Shown in pieces: positions 40,561-54,707 of a DNA stretch of 64,000 nt (its first letter is position 1; every line of letters begins with the position of its first letter). The notes beneath the pieces are model-generated. The model was given only the letters and a program-made list of their open reading frames with translations. It had not been told where the DNA came from and did no database searches. Source of the DNA: Octopus sinensis (taxonomy: Eukaryota); NCBI RefSeq assembly GCF_006345805.1, contig NC_043009.1, positions 26,722,001 to 26,786,000 on the forward strand. Direction: 5' to 3'. Made by a program: the position numbers and the translations under genes.

Positions 40561-42060
40561 ATGGACGCTAAATGATGATGATGATATTTACCAGGCTTTT
40601 TTTCAGTTTTCGTCTTCCAAATCCACTCACAAGGCTCTGATCAACTTGGAGCTATAATAGAAGACACTTGCTCAAGGTGCCACACAGTAGGATGGAACCT
40701 GGGACCATGTGGGTGGGAAGGAAACTTCTAACCACACAGCCATGCCTGTGCAAGTATGATGTATAATTAAGAGACTGTATGTATACACACAAGGGCTGAA
40801 AAGCAATTTTTCTAGATACATAGACTGACAGAGAGACTGTACACACAGACACTCATATAATGTCTATATAGATACAGAGCAGTAATGTCTCTCCATACAA
40901 AGATATGAAACTGTGCTTGTACACACAGCTATATAACAATGTGTGTCTGAAGAGATATAGGGGAAGTTTGTATGTATCTGCACACATATAAAATAACTGC
41001 ATGTGTTTATATACACAGATGCAGTGTAACAGCATGTCTAATGACAAATGACCATGACCTTTGGCATTATGTCACATTTAAAAGCAAGACCCATGAAGCC
41101 AAGTAAAATTGCAGTTGTGGCAGATGCAGGAGTCATGCAAATGGTACCCATGTTGATGGCAAGTAAAAGCACCCATTACACTCTCGGAGTGGTTGGCCTT
41201 AGGAAGGGCATCCAGCCATAGAAACCATGCCTAATCAGACTGGAGCCTGTTGCAGCTCTCCAGCATGCCAGCCCTGGTCAAACCATCCAACCCATACCAA
41301 TATGGACAACAGTCGTTAAATGATGATGATGTGTTTACACAGAAAGAGAGTTACAGTGTGTATCTCTACATAGATATACAATAAATGAAAGTTTGTATTT
41401 CTACAGAGAGAGAGAGAGAGTACTCATGTTGGCAGTCAAACAATTGTATATGCTTATATACTCATAGAGGACATCTACTATGCATGCATCAATTCATAAA
41501 TATAGAATGACTGTTTTGTCTGTGTACCTTTATAAACACATACAGGAAGTAAGTTTGTGTTTTATTTTACACACTGATAGCATCACTGTGTAAACACAGC
41601 ACAGTGCACATGTCTCTCTCTACACACAGAATTTTTGTTTACAAACATTCGAAGAGAACTGGTTGTATATACAGATACAGAACCTATACATCATTTTAGT
41701 GTCCAGTTTTTCCATGCTTGCATGGATGGTGTTTATTGAGGCAGATTTTCCATAGCCAGATACCCTTCCTGTTTCCAAACAAGGTAATATCTACCTATGG
41801 CCAAATATGTTCTCGCAGAAGACTAGGAATGAATGACACTGCTTTTAAGACAGTGGCACTCGTTTACAATTATCCTGTGATGTCAAGAGAAAGAAACACA
41901 CACACAATGGGTTTCTTTCAGTTTCCATCTACCAAATTCATTCACAAGGTTTCCATTCGATCAATATTATAGAAAGCACTTGCCCATGTACCACACAGTG
42001 GAACTGAACCCAGAACCATGTAGTTGAAAAGCAAACTTCTTACCAGACAGCTATGCCTGT

Positions 42061-42119
<59 letters not shown>

Positions 42120-42466
42120 CACCATCCGAGCGTGATCGTTGCCAGACCAGCTACCTGGCCTCCGTGCCAGTGGCACATAAAAGACACCATTCGAGCGTGA
42201 TCATTACCAGTATCACCTTACTGGCACCTGTGCCGGTGGCATGTGTAAAAGATTCGAGCAAGGTCACTGCCAGTGCCGCCTGATTGGCACGTAAAAGCAC
42301 CCACTACACTCTCGGAGTGGTTGGAGTTAGGAAGGGCATCCAGCTGTAGAAACTATGCCAGATCAAGACTGAAGCCTGGTGCAGCCATCTGGTTCGCCAG
42401 CCCTCAGTCATACGTCCAACCCATGCTAGGATGGAAAGTGGACGTTGAACGATGATGATCATATAT

Positions 42467-42497
<31 letters not shown>

Positions 42498-45484
42498 AAC
42501 ACATACGTGTATGTGAGTGGTGGTGTCACGCCCATGCTGGTGTCCACATAAAAAGCATCCAATATGCTCTGTAAAGCAGTTGAGATTAGGAAGAGCATCC
42601 AACCGTAGAAACCATGCCAAAACAGACTTGAGACTTGGTGCAGTCTTCTGCCAGGCCAGCTCCTATCAAACCTTCCAACCCATGCCTGCACGGAAGATGG
42701 ATCTTAAACGATGATGATGATGATGATATATGTATATATATATATATAGGCGCAGGAGTAGCTATGTGGTAAGTAGCTTGCTTCCCAGCCACAATGGTTC
42801 CGGGTTCAGTCCCACTGAGGCACTTTGGGCAAGTGTCTACTATAGACTCAGGTCGACCAAAACCTTGTGTGAATTTGATAGATGGAAACTGAAAGAAGCT
42901 CGTCCTGTTTGTCCCACCATCGCCTGACAGCTGATACTGGTGTGTTTATGTCCCTGTAACTTAGCGGTTCGGCAAAAGAGACCGACAGAATAAGTCCTAG
43001 GCTTACAAGGAACAAGTCTTGGGGCCGATTAGTTCGACTAAAGGCGGTGCTCCAGTATGGCCGCAGTCAAATGACAAACAAATAAAAGAATGTACACGCA
43101 CTAAGAAAGAAAGAAGACCTCTGTATGTAGACCTGGGTACCAGAAGTGCTCACAGAAACACTAAAAACGGAAGTGTTATTGTGTATAGACTTACGGACAT
43201 AGAATCGTATTCGAAGAGACAGAAAAATGTGGTGGTAGCTAAAAAGAGACTCACCACTCACTATCTCTCTCTCTTCCTGTTTAAACATAAACGGAAATAC
43301 GCAACCACATATACAAAAGAAAAAATGTCTTAGTTCAGTATGTTCGTGATGTGACTAAGTAGGTATGTGTACACCCAGACAATAGCCCCCCACACACACA
43401 CACACACTCTCTCTCTCATATATATATGATGATGATGATAGATATCAAATAGAGACACATACACAGCACAGGGGGGGGGAGAGGTGAGGAGGAATTTGTA
43501 GAGCAGTACTCGAAAGGCAGACACAACATGGTAGAGTGATTGTGTACAGACACACACCCAGAAATAAACCTGGTTAACAACACACAAGTGCTGTCAACTT
43601 CACAAGTGGGTTTGTTTATTCAGAGCTTAACAACAGATGAAAAGTAACAACACACATTTATCAGAGGGACAACCGCTTTGTTTGGATTCAAACCAGCTAG
43701 ACTCACACATCTTCCCTCTCGCCCCACACTTTTTTTTTTTTATTTTGAAATAATTTCTATTGTATAATTCTTTTCACATACAAGACATTTTATAAAACTA
43801 TAAAGCTGTTCTGTTCTTAGTATTCGAGTAGCACGTTATTTTAATCGATCCCGGAAGGATGAGAGGCAAAGTTCACCTCCACATTATTTGAACTCGTAAC
43901 GTAAAGGGCCGTAACTAAATAACGCTGACCTTATTTTTATCTTTTTTCCTCGAAGAATATATTTTAAAATTTGATGAAACATTAATTTTGGGAAATTTAT
44001 AAATTCCCTAAAAGGTAATGAAAAAGTGTACGTATGTATAAGCATTAAAGTTGTTCCAACACGCACTTGTTGATGAGAGAGAATATAATTCGTGTGTGTA
44101 TAGTGAACTGGCGGTTCCACGTAGGTGTCTCTTTTATGAAGACATCAAATGGCTTGTTAATCCTCATTTAACAAATCTATGACCAACAGGTATTCCAGCC
44201 ACATCCATCATGTTCGTATATAGTTCTTCCTAGTTCAAAACACTAGGGTGGGATTTCAGGAAGACAGTGTTGTTGTTTCTAGCAGGTCTGGCGACCACGT
44301 AGACGCTGCGTCGGTGGCAGATCAGATATAACTATGGAATGAGGCCACACTGGTTTGTTTCTTCATAACTTGCGAAAAAATACAGGTTTTTTTAATTAAA
44401 TTTTGAAGAGTTACGTTTTCGAGGGTACAGTTTACCATTATATTGATAAAATTCAGAAAACTGTTTTTTTTTAAGAATTATTTATTTTTCTTCCCCTGCT
44501 TTGACTTTGTAACTATCAACAGTTTTCCTTACATTTTTTTAGATTTAAGTTATTTGAAACCTCAATATTATACATATCTACGGTCTCGAAAATGTATCCC
44601 CACAAAAATTCATTGAAAAAGTCCTTTTTTTAATAAGGTTAAGAGGAAACACAACCAGAGAGGATCACCAATTCTGTAGTTATACCGTTAAAATCATTAA
44701 TCACCTATAGGTATTAACCTTCGTCAATCACACACAACACTACCATACCATTGCAGAAGAAATAAACGATTATGTAAGGTCAAAGACAAAATATCATGTC
44801 TCAAACATCTATATGTTTGGTGTTCTCTGGGCGGAATGGGGAAGGGGATTTAGTTGCTATTTTTAGCAGGTCAGACGACCACATGCATATAGGTTCCCAC
44901 GTTTAACCGGAATTTCGAATTTGTTATTCTTATATGATTTTTACTTATTTATAAGGAAATAATCCGAAACATTGTCAAGTTGGGACTGGTGTTATCAACA
45001 AAACTAGATTCGTACACAAACTATATAAAGTAATTATGTATATGTGTGTAAGCAAGCGTTTATATAGATATGTGTATATCTATATTTATGTCTGTACAGT
45101 GACAACAAAGGCGTCTCTGCTTTGTTCGACCCTGTTACTAAAAGCAGCCAATCTTCATACATCTAAAGGAAGAAGACGAATATAAATATATATATATATA
45201 TATAGTCCATACATGTAATCCAAGATAAACTGGAAAAGAAAAAATACATGTTCAATGAATGTTGATCTAGATCTAATTTAACATACATACACAGACAAAG
45301 TTGATGATGAGAAACTAAGTATTATGTTTTTATAATATCAGTAAAACATTAAAAATTCGCGTCCCAGGCGCATAGAAGAACTCAGGATTCGAAATCATAT
45401 ATGTGGAGGATCTTGCTTCTAAAGCAAACAGAACAGGGGCTAAAAAACAATTATATACATACACACGCGCACATGCATATACGT

Positions 45485-46661
45485 ATATATATATATATAT
45501 ATATACACACACATACATACCTATATATATATATATATACATACCTATATATATATATATATATACCCATATATACATACCTATATATATATATACATAC
45601 ATATATATATATACATACATACATACATATATATATATACATACATATATATACATATATATATATACATACATATATATAATATACATACAATATATAC
45701 ATACATACTATATATACATACATACATACATATATATATATACATACCTATATATATATATACATACCTATATATATATATACATACATATATATATTAT
45801 ATACATACCTATATATATATATACATACCTATATATATATATACATACCTATATATATATATATACATACCTATATATATATACATACCTATATATATAT
45901 ATACATACCTATATATATATATACATACCTATATATATATATACATACCTATATATATATATACATACCTATATATATATAATATCATACCTATATATAT
46001 TATATATATACTACCTATATATATATATACATACCTATATATATATATATACATACCTATATATATATAATACATACCTATATATATATATATAATTATA
46101 CCTATATATATATAGATACCTACCTATATATATATATATATATATACCTACCTATATATATATATATATATATATACCTACCTATATATATATATATACA
46201 CCTACCTATATATATATATATATACCTACCTATATATATATATTATACCTACCTATATATATATATATATACCTACCTATATATATACACATATATATAT
46301 ATATACCTACCTATATTATACACATACCTATATATATATATACATACCTATATATATATATATATATATACCTACCTATATATATATATATATATACCTA
46401 CCTATATATATATATATATATAATACCTATATATACCTATATATATATATATATACCTATATATATATATCTATACCTATATATATATATATATATATAT
46501 ACCTATATATTATATATATACCTATATATATATATATATATATATATACCTATATATATAATATATATATATATACCTATATATATATATATATATATAT
46601 ACCTATATATATATATATATATACCTATATATATTATATATATATATATACCTATATATAT

Positions 46662-46697
<36 letters not shown>

Positions 46698-48231
46698 GAT
46701 ATATATTATACCTATATATATATATACATACCTATATATATATAGACATAGACCTATATAATATATACATACCTATATATATATATATATCATACCTATA
46801 TATATATATATCTACATACCTATATATATATCTATTATATACATACCGATATATATATATATATACATACTATATTTATATATATATACATACCTATATA
46901 TTATATAGATATACATACCTATATATATAATAATATACATACCTATATATATATTATACAATACCTATATATATAATACATACCTATATATATATATATA
47001 CATACCTATATATATATATAACACATTATATATATATAACATACCTATATATTATATACATACCTATATATATATACATACCTATATATATATACATACC
47101 TATATATTATATATACATACCTATACATCCCTATTATATATATTAACATACCTATATATATATATATACATACCTATATATATATATAACACCTACCTAT
47201 ATATATATATAATACCATACCATATAATATATATATATATACATACCTATATATATATAGATATACATACCTATATATATAAATATATATATACAAACTA
47301 TATATATATATATATATATACATACCTATATATATATATAGATACATACCTATATATATATATATACATACCTATATATATATATATACATACCTATATA
47401 TATATATATATACATACCTATATATATATATATACATACCTATAATATTATATAATATATACCTATATATATATATATATACATACCTATATATATATAT
47501 ATATATATACCTATATATATTATATATATACTATATATATATATAATATCTAATAATATATATATATATATACCTATATATATATATATATACCTATATA
47601 TATATATATATACCTATATATATATATATATACCTATATATATATATACCTATATACTATATATATATACCTATATATATATATATACCTATATATATAT
47701 ATATATACCTATATATATATATATAATATATACCTATATATATATATATATACTATAGATATATATATATACCTATATTATATAATATATACCTATATAA
47801 TATATAATATACCTATATATATATATATATACCTATATATATATATATATACCTATATATTATATATATACTATATATAGAATATATATATACCTATATA
47901 TATACAATATATATACCTATATATATATATATATATATACCTATATATATATATATATACTATACCTATATATATATATATACCTATAATATTATATATA
48001 TATATACCTATATATATATATATATATACCTATATATATATATATATACCTCTATATATATATATATATACACCTATATATATATATATATATACCTATA
48101 TATATATATATATATACCCTATATATATATAATATATACCTATAATATATATATACCTATATATATATATATATATACCTATATCTATATAATATATACC
48201 TATATATATATAATATATAATACCTATATAT

Positions 48232-48282
<51 letters not shown>

Positions 48283-48299
48283 TATATAATACACATACC

Positions 48300-48331
<32 letters not shown>

Positions 48332-48388
48332 CCTATATATATATATACACATACCTATATATATATATATATATATATATATCACATA

Positions 48389-48433
<45 letters not shown>

Positions 48434-48481
48434 CTATATATATATATATAATATATATATAGGATATATATATAACACATA

Positions 48482-48521
<40 letters not shown>

Positions 48522-48940
48522 CCTATATATATATATACTATATATATATACCTATATATATATACCTATATATATATACATACCTATATATATATACATA
48601 CCTATAAACAGATATATACACACATACCTATATACCTATATATATACACACATACCTATATACCTATATATATACATACCTATATATATATATATATACC
48701 TATATATACATACCTACCTATATATACATACCTATATATATATATACATACCTATATATATATATACATACATACCTATATATACATACCTATATATATA
48801 TACATACCTATATATATATATACATACATACCTATATATACATACCTATATATATATACATACCTATATATATATACAATACATACCTATATATATATAT
48901 ATATATAATATATATATATATTATATAATATAATATAATA
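45485..48940. repeat. ~3.5-kb compound (TA)n satellite with CATACC/CCTACC/CC spacers
   Basis: Read directly; unit about (TA)5-10 plus spacer, and the spacer type changes in blocks. Confidence 0.98.
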
Positions 48941-49359
48941 CCTAGACAGACAGACAGATAGATATAGATAAATAAATAAATACAGATAGATAGATAGATA
49001 AATAGACAGATAGATTTGGGTGTATATGGATACTTTTCTTTAGACTGTATATACACACACACACACGTGTACATTCCTTTAGGCTATATAAATATATATT
49101 ATATATATATATATGGTGTGTGTATATATGTGGATGTATACGTGGGTGTACGTATGCATTTCCTAGGTTGTTAGGTCGCGTGTGTATATATAAATATGTA
49201 TGTAGGACGGGGTAGGTATACGTGTGAATGAGAGCTTTTCCAAAGCTCTCGAAAAGTGTACACAAATGTATATATGAGAGTATGTATGTATGTATGTATG
49301 TATGTATGTGTGTGTGTATGTATGTGTACGTATGCCTTTCCTAGGCGGCAGTTACTTAC

Positions 49360-49397
49360 CTAGGGTTAAAATCCTGGAACAGATTTCTCAAATTCAT
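49360..49397 (-). CDS. TMEM185: TMEM185 coding exon 1 (MNLRNLFQDFNP-S)
   Basis: Minus strand reads ATG AAT TTG AGA AAT CTG TTC CAG GAT TTT AAC CCT AG|gtaagt. This matches the TMEM185 N-terminus MNLRGLFQDFNPS; 38 nt, phase 2. An in-frame ATG lies two codons upstream (49403). Not in the ORF track. Confidence 0.93.
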
Positions 49398-49402
49398 AGC
49401 CA

Positions 49403-49411
49403 TCACATCAT
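49403..49411 (-). promoter_or_regulatory. Micro-uORF ATG-ATG-TGA overlapping the TMEM185 start region
   Basis: Minus strand gccATGATGTGATGGCTATGAAT; the TGA shares its A with an ATG that is in frame with the main ORF. Confidence 0.55.
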
Positions 49412-49469
49412 GGCAAGCTATGTCTACCCAGTGAAAATATTCGAAAGACTGTTCCACTTATATACACCA

Positions 49470-49953
49470 CATATAATACATATATGTATATCTATATATA
49501 TATATATATATATATAAATATATATATATACTTATATATATATATATTTATATATACACCCAACACTTTACACCAGGCGACGCCAGAGTGATGCCCTCCT
49601 TTTTTTTTTTTTACCGTCGGCCGCTTACTGCCTTCACAAATAGCAATTTAACCAAATAAACAAATATGTCCCTTACGCCTTATATACATGTGTATTAGTG
49701 TATGTACATATATGTGTGTGTGTGTGTACATATATATATACATATATATATATATATAAAGTATGTATGTACGTATGTATGTATGTATGTATGTATATAT
49801 ATATATATATTAAACTATATATAATTATATATATAATATATGTAATATCTGATATACATATATATATATATATATACATATTACACATTTACACACACAC
49901 ACACATATATATATATTTTACATATATATATATATATTTTACATATATTATAT

Positions 49954-50033
<80 letters not shown>

Positions 50034-50226
50034 ATATTTGATTTGATTTGTTGTCGTGGTTGTTGATGATGATGGTGGTTTGATGTTTTTTTTTTATTTT
50101 TGTTGCATATATAAAAAAACAAGTGTGAAACCGGAAAAAATTTCTAATTTTTATTTTTAATCATTTTCTTAACTCAATCTTATCTCTCCTTCTCCTTGCC
50201 TATCTATTCATCCATCTAACTCTCAG

Positions 50227-50276
<50 letters not shown>

Positions 50277-50305
50277 AATCTATCAATCTATCTATCTATC
50301 TATCA

Positions 50306-50371
<66 letters not shown>

Positions 50372-50399
50372 TTATCAATCTATCTCTCTCTATATGTAT

Positions 50400-50435
<36 letters not shown>

Positions 50436-50569
50436 CATGTGTGTGTGAATCGTCTTCTTATTTATCTATATTTATCTTTTTCCTACTCCTTAACCGTCTT
50501 ATCATCTCTTTCCCTTTCACCATCTACTATATTCCTTGCGCTCTCTTAACCTCTCGCTGGTTCTTTCTC

Positions 50570-50620
<51 letters not shown>

Positions 50621-50981
50621 CGCGTACACTCACTTCTTTGCTTTCTTGCTCTTTTTCTTTCTAACTCACTCTTACCTTCTTGCTCTCTCTCTCTCCCTCT
50701 TTCTCTCATTCGATATAACATCGATAAGTAACTATTGAGTTGATAACAGTGATGTTGAAGTAATAGGAATACTTTCTATCACATATCTGAGTAATCTGAA
50801 TACTTACATGCTATTGATCGATCGATCGATCTATACTTATACATACATAAATCCATTCATACATACATAAATCCATCCATACGTACATACATACATACAT
50901 ACATGCATACATACATACATACATACATACATACATACATACATACATACGCATTCATACATACATACATACATACATACA

Positions 50982-51012
<31 letters not shown>

Positions 51013-51226
51013 TATAGCCAGTCTGTTAATCAGGTTGTTTTCGGGGTGGGTGGGGGCGGTGGACTCTATTATTATTTTTTTTTTCGTCATTGGTAAAATA
51101 CAGATCAAATCAATCAATTGCACTGAAACAATATGAATAAGAATCTCAGCAATTATAGATGACTTACAAAGTCAATTACAGAGAGAGAGAGAGAAGAGAG
51201 AGAGACAGAGACAGAGAGAGAGAGAC

Positions 51227-51293
<67 letters not shown>

Positions 51294-51300
51294 GGCAGAG
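49470..51300. repeat. Microsatellite field: (TA)n, (TCTA)n, (CT)n, (CATA)n, (GA)n/(CAGA)n
   Basis: Read directly, e.g. (TCTA)n 50228-50385, (CATA)n 50840-51011, (GA)/(CAGA)n 51180-51300. Confidence 0.95.
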
Positions 51301-51713
51301 GCCAAGAAAGAAATCGAAATTGAACGACAAGAGAAGTTAATTAAAGGGGAAGAGAGATGAAGGAGAAAGCAAGGGAGAGAAGGTTAAGAGAAAGACAGGA
51401 AGAAATCGAAACAGTGGACCACAGGAAAAAAATAGATAGGTTAGAAGAAGAGGGTAAATAGAAATAGTTGTCATTCACCATTTAGTTGTTTCAGTGATTG
51501 GAATGCGGCCATGCTGGGGCACCGCCTTGAGGAGTTTCGTCGAACAAATCGACATCGGTCCCTTTATTTGAAATTCTAGTGCTTATTCTATGAGGCTATG
51601 AGTCATGTTTGTCGAACCGCTGGATTACGGGGACATGAACAAACCGACACCGATTATCAAACGCGCACACATCTCTATATATGTGTGTATGTGTGTGTGT
51701 GTCCTCGTCTCCC

Positions 51714-51748
51714 GTTTCTGACGAAGAGCTTTGCTCGAAACGTAAAAC
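51714..51748 (+). ncRNA. Minimal type I hammerhead ribozyme (Penelope-like element type)
   Basis: GTTT-CTGACGA-A-GAGC ttt GCTC-GAAA-CG-TA-AAAC: intact CUGANGA/GAAA core, 4-bp stem II, palindromic ACGT stem III, GUA cleavage triplet, stem I GTTT/AAAC. Confidence 0.75.
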
Positions 51749-51842
51749 TACTTTTCTTTCCTTCCCTGAGCGTCTATTAATACTTTACATGTACCATGTC
51801 CTCGCGTTGTTGTATGTGTATATATATTTATATATATGTATG

Positions 51843-51960
<118 letters not shown>

Positions 51961-52017
51961 AAAATAGAGATAATTAAATTAATAATTATTCATTAGTTTA
52001 CAAAACTGGACATCATC

Positions 52018-52095
52018 TCTGACAGCTGTTTCGATTCAGATTTCAAAAATTAATTAGTATACTTAAGAACATTTTTAAGTTGAATCTCATCGGAG
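52018..52095 (-). ncRNA. Type I hammerhead ribozyme motif with variant core (CCGAUGA)
   Basis: Minus strand TCT-CCGATGA-GATTCA...TGAATC-GAAA-CAGCTG-TC-AGA: 6-bp stem II base with a long AT-rich extension, palindromic stem III ACAGCTGT, GUC triplet, U4->C change. Confidence 0.6.
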
Positions 52096-52339
52096 ATAGA
52101 AAAAGATGAACCATTACATTTTCATATTATTCTGTGGTGAGTGTATGGAGTATATCCGTTAACTGAAAAATGTTTAATAGCAAGAACATGGTATAAACCT
52201 TACAAGGTTGGGGATGTAGTATATTTATCGAAGTTATAAAAATGAAAATAAAAATAAAGAATAAGATATGGATAATAAAACATATATATATCTCTAAAGA
52301 ATATTTAAGTATCAAATAAAAGTAATTGTAAATACATAT

Positions 52340-52750
52340 ATGTGGTAAGTAGCTTGCTAACCAACCACATGGTTGCGGGTTCAGTCCCACTGCGTGGCAT
52401 CTTGGGCAAGTGTCTTCTGCTATAGCCCCGGGCCGACCAATGCCTTGTGAGTGGATTTGGTAGACGGAAACTGAAAGAAGCCTGTCGTATATATGTATAT
52501 ATATATATATATATATATGTATATGTATGTGTGTATGTTTGTGTGTCTGTGTTTGTTTCCCTAGCATTGCTTGACAACCGATGCTGGTGTGTTTACATAC
52601 CCGTCACTTAGCGGTTCGGCAAAAAGAGACCGATAGAATAAGTACTGCGCTTACGAAAAAAAAGAATAAGTCCCGGGGTCGAGTTGCTCGACTAAAGGCG
52701 GTGCTCCAGCATGGCCGCAGTCAAATGACTGAAAAGTAAAAGAGTAAAGA
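52340..52750 (+). mobile_element. CORE-type SINE, near full length
   Basis: Highly similar to 62465-62885. Other copies or fragments at 40-400(-), 39470-39670(-), 42748-43090, 51485-51665(-), 52812-52950(-), 54975-55120, 55355-55535, 59668-59960 and 61211-61605. Confidence 0.85.
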
Positions 52751-52797
<47 letters not shown>

Positions 52798-53349
52798 ATA
52801 TATATATATAGTTCGTCTGCCAAATCCACTCACAAGGCCTTGGTCGACCCAGCTATAATAGAAGACATTTGCCCAAGTTACCACGTAGTGGGACTGAACC
52901 CAGAACCGTGTGATGAGGAAGCAAGCTTCTTATTACCACACACCTACGCCTTCGCCTCTTTTAGAAAACAGAAATAGAATGGAGAGAATTGACGTGGGGG
53001 GGGAGATAAGAAGGATCAAATAAAAGTGAGGAAGAGGGAATAATAAAACTAGAGAGAACGAAGTATAAGAAAGAAAAGGAAAAAAGTAAGTATATGAATA
53101 GAGAGAGAGAGGGCGGGTAAAGAAAGAAGGTTCATTAGAGAAAGAGAGAGACTGACTGGAATGGGAGGGGGAATGATGACTGAATATGAAAGAAAGAGAG
53201 ATTAAAACAGAAAGAAAAATAAAGATAGAGTATTGGAAAGACACGAAAGACAGATTGGAATTTGGTGGCAAAAATAAAGTAAAAAAATAGAGATTAGAGA
53301 GATAGAAAGAAAGGGGGAAGCAGAAAGAGAGGCTGAGAGATAGAGGAAG

Positions 53350-53367
53350 ATAGACAGACAGACAGAC

Positions 53368-53458
<91 letters not shown>

Positions 53459-54185
53459 TAAACAGACAGACAGAAAGACAAATTAAAATAGAGAAATAAG
53501 AAAACAGTGAGAAATATTAATATGTGATGTGGGGATATTATTATTAGTGTTTTTTATTGATTTCATTTCCGTATTATTGAATCTTTTGCTATTTCTGTTC
53601 CGATTAAAGTCTAAAAATTCCAGTGAAATAATTTTAGATCAGTTTCATTGTATGAAATCAATAATTAATCTAATTTATCCAGTGGAATTTTTACTTTTTT
53701 TAACGAAAAAGTAAACTTAAATTATACAAAATAGATTGTGGATTTAAAAAAAAATATATTGACCGTGAAAATGATGATGATGATGATGGTGACGATGGTG
53801 ATGATAGTGGTAATGGCGATAACGAGTGTGCCTGCACGCGCGCTCAGACACATATACACTCACATGCGGGGACACACACACACTCATTTAATCTGCAGTT
53901 ACTAAAAATATTTCTATGCTAAAATTCTTGCCAAGGTGGTGGTCGTTGTTGTTGTTGCTGCCTGCTACTGCTGTTGATGCTGCTAATGATGCTGACGACG
54001 GCGACGACGACGACGATGACAATTAAGATGACGACGACGACGACAATGATAATGATGATGATGATGATGATGACGACGACAGCGACGGTGACGATGATGA
54101 TTATGATGACACCGATGACAATGATGATGATGATGAAGATGACGACTACGACGACGATGACGACAGCAACGATGATAATGATGAT
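53350..54185. repeat. (GATA)n/(GACA)n and degenerate (GAT/GAC)n repeats
   Basis: (GATA)n 53350-53475; trinucleotide tracts 53770-53820 and 53975-54185. Confidence 0.9.
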
Positions 54186-54610
54186 TTTTATTTTTGCTCT
54201 ATTTGTTTGTTTGTTTTCATTTTCTATTTTTGAAATTTATTTGCTCCTACAAAAACATTTCTAAGTTAATTGTGCTGGAAAAAAAAAATTTTTGCGAAGT
54301 TTCTATTGACTAACGTTGTGAGCGACCTTAACCAGGTGAATGATCCGCAGACGATGGACATTCGCTTATAACAGTCTCTCGTATTATCAGTTAGTTTCGC
54401 CTGGTATATTAAGATTAAAGGTGACAAAATCTTTCGACCCTGGAGTTGTGAGTTCGAATAGCCTCATGGGTTGTTCTTTATATGAACCTTGAAAACCTCG
54501 CTTACCTTACTTACCTGATAATCTAGGAAACTGTTGTTAAATAAAAACGTTTTGAGAATGTTATTATTTAGCAACAGATCGCCCCTTTTCATTATGACCT
54601 TCCGGCTTCA

Positions 54611-54707
54611 GATCTTTTCGCTTTGACCTGCACCAGTATACGAAGTTTAAAAGTGTTTAGTTACAAAGAAATTATTTTAAAAATCTGCCGGTCAAAGCGA
54701 AAAGATC
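54611..54707. mobile_element. 97-bp mini-MITE related to the 55733-56148 element
   Basis: TIR gatcttttcgctttgacctgca / tgccggtcaaagcgaaaagatc (21/22 match). Its interior is the reverse complement of the larger element's left subterminal region. Confidence 0.8.

Noticed and set aside
45330-46095. Long ORFs (up to 230 aa) rich in Y/I/H/T
   Set aside because: Translations of the TA satellite. The same applies to ORFs at 30867-31259, 49698-50122, 52933-53481 and 53974-54264.
54395-54472. tRNA gene (gagttcgaat B-box)
   Set aside because: No cloverleaf or acceptor stem could be built; at most a degenerate SINE head. All other A/B boxes in the window belong to SINEs.
54508-54518. U1 snRNA 5' end (acttacctg)
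   Set aside because: The downstream sequence does not match U1; it is the reverse complement of a 5' splice site.
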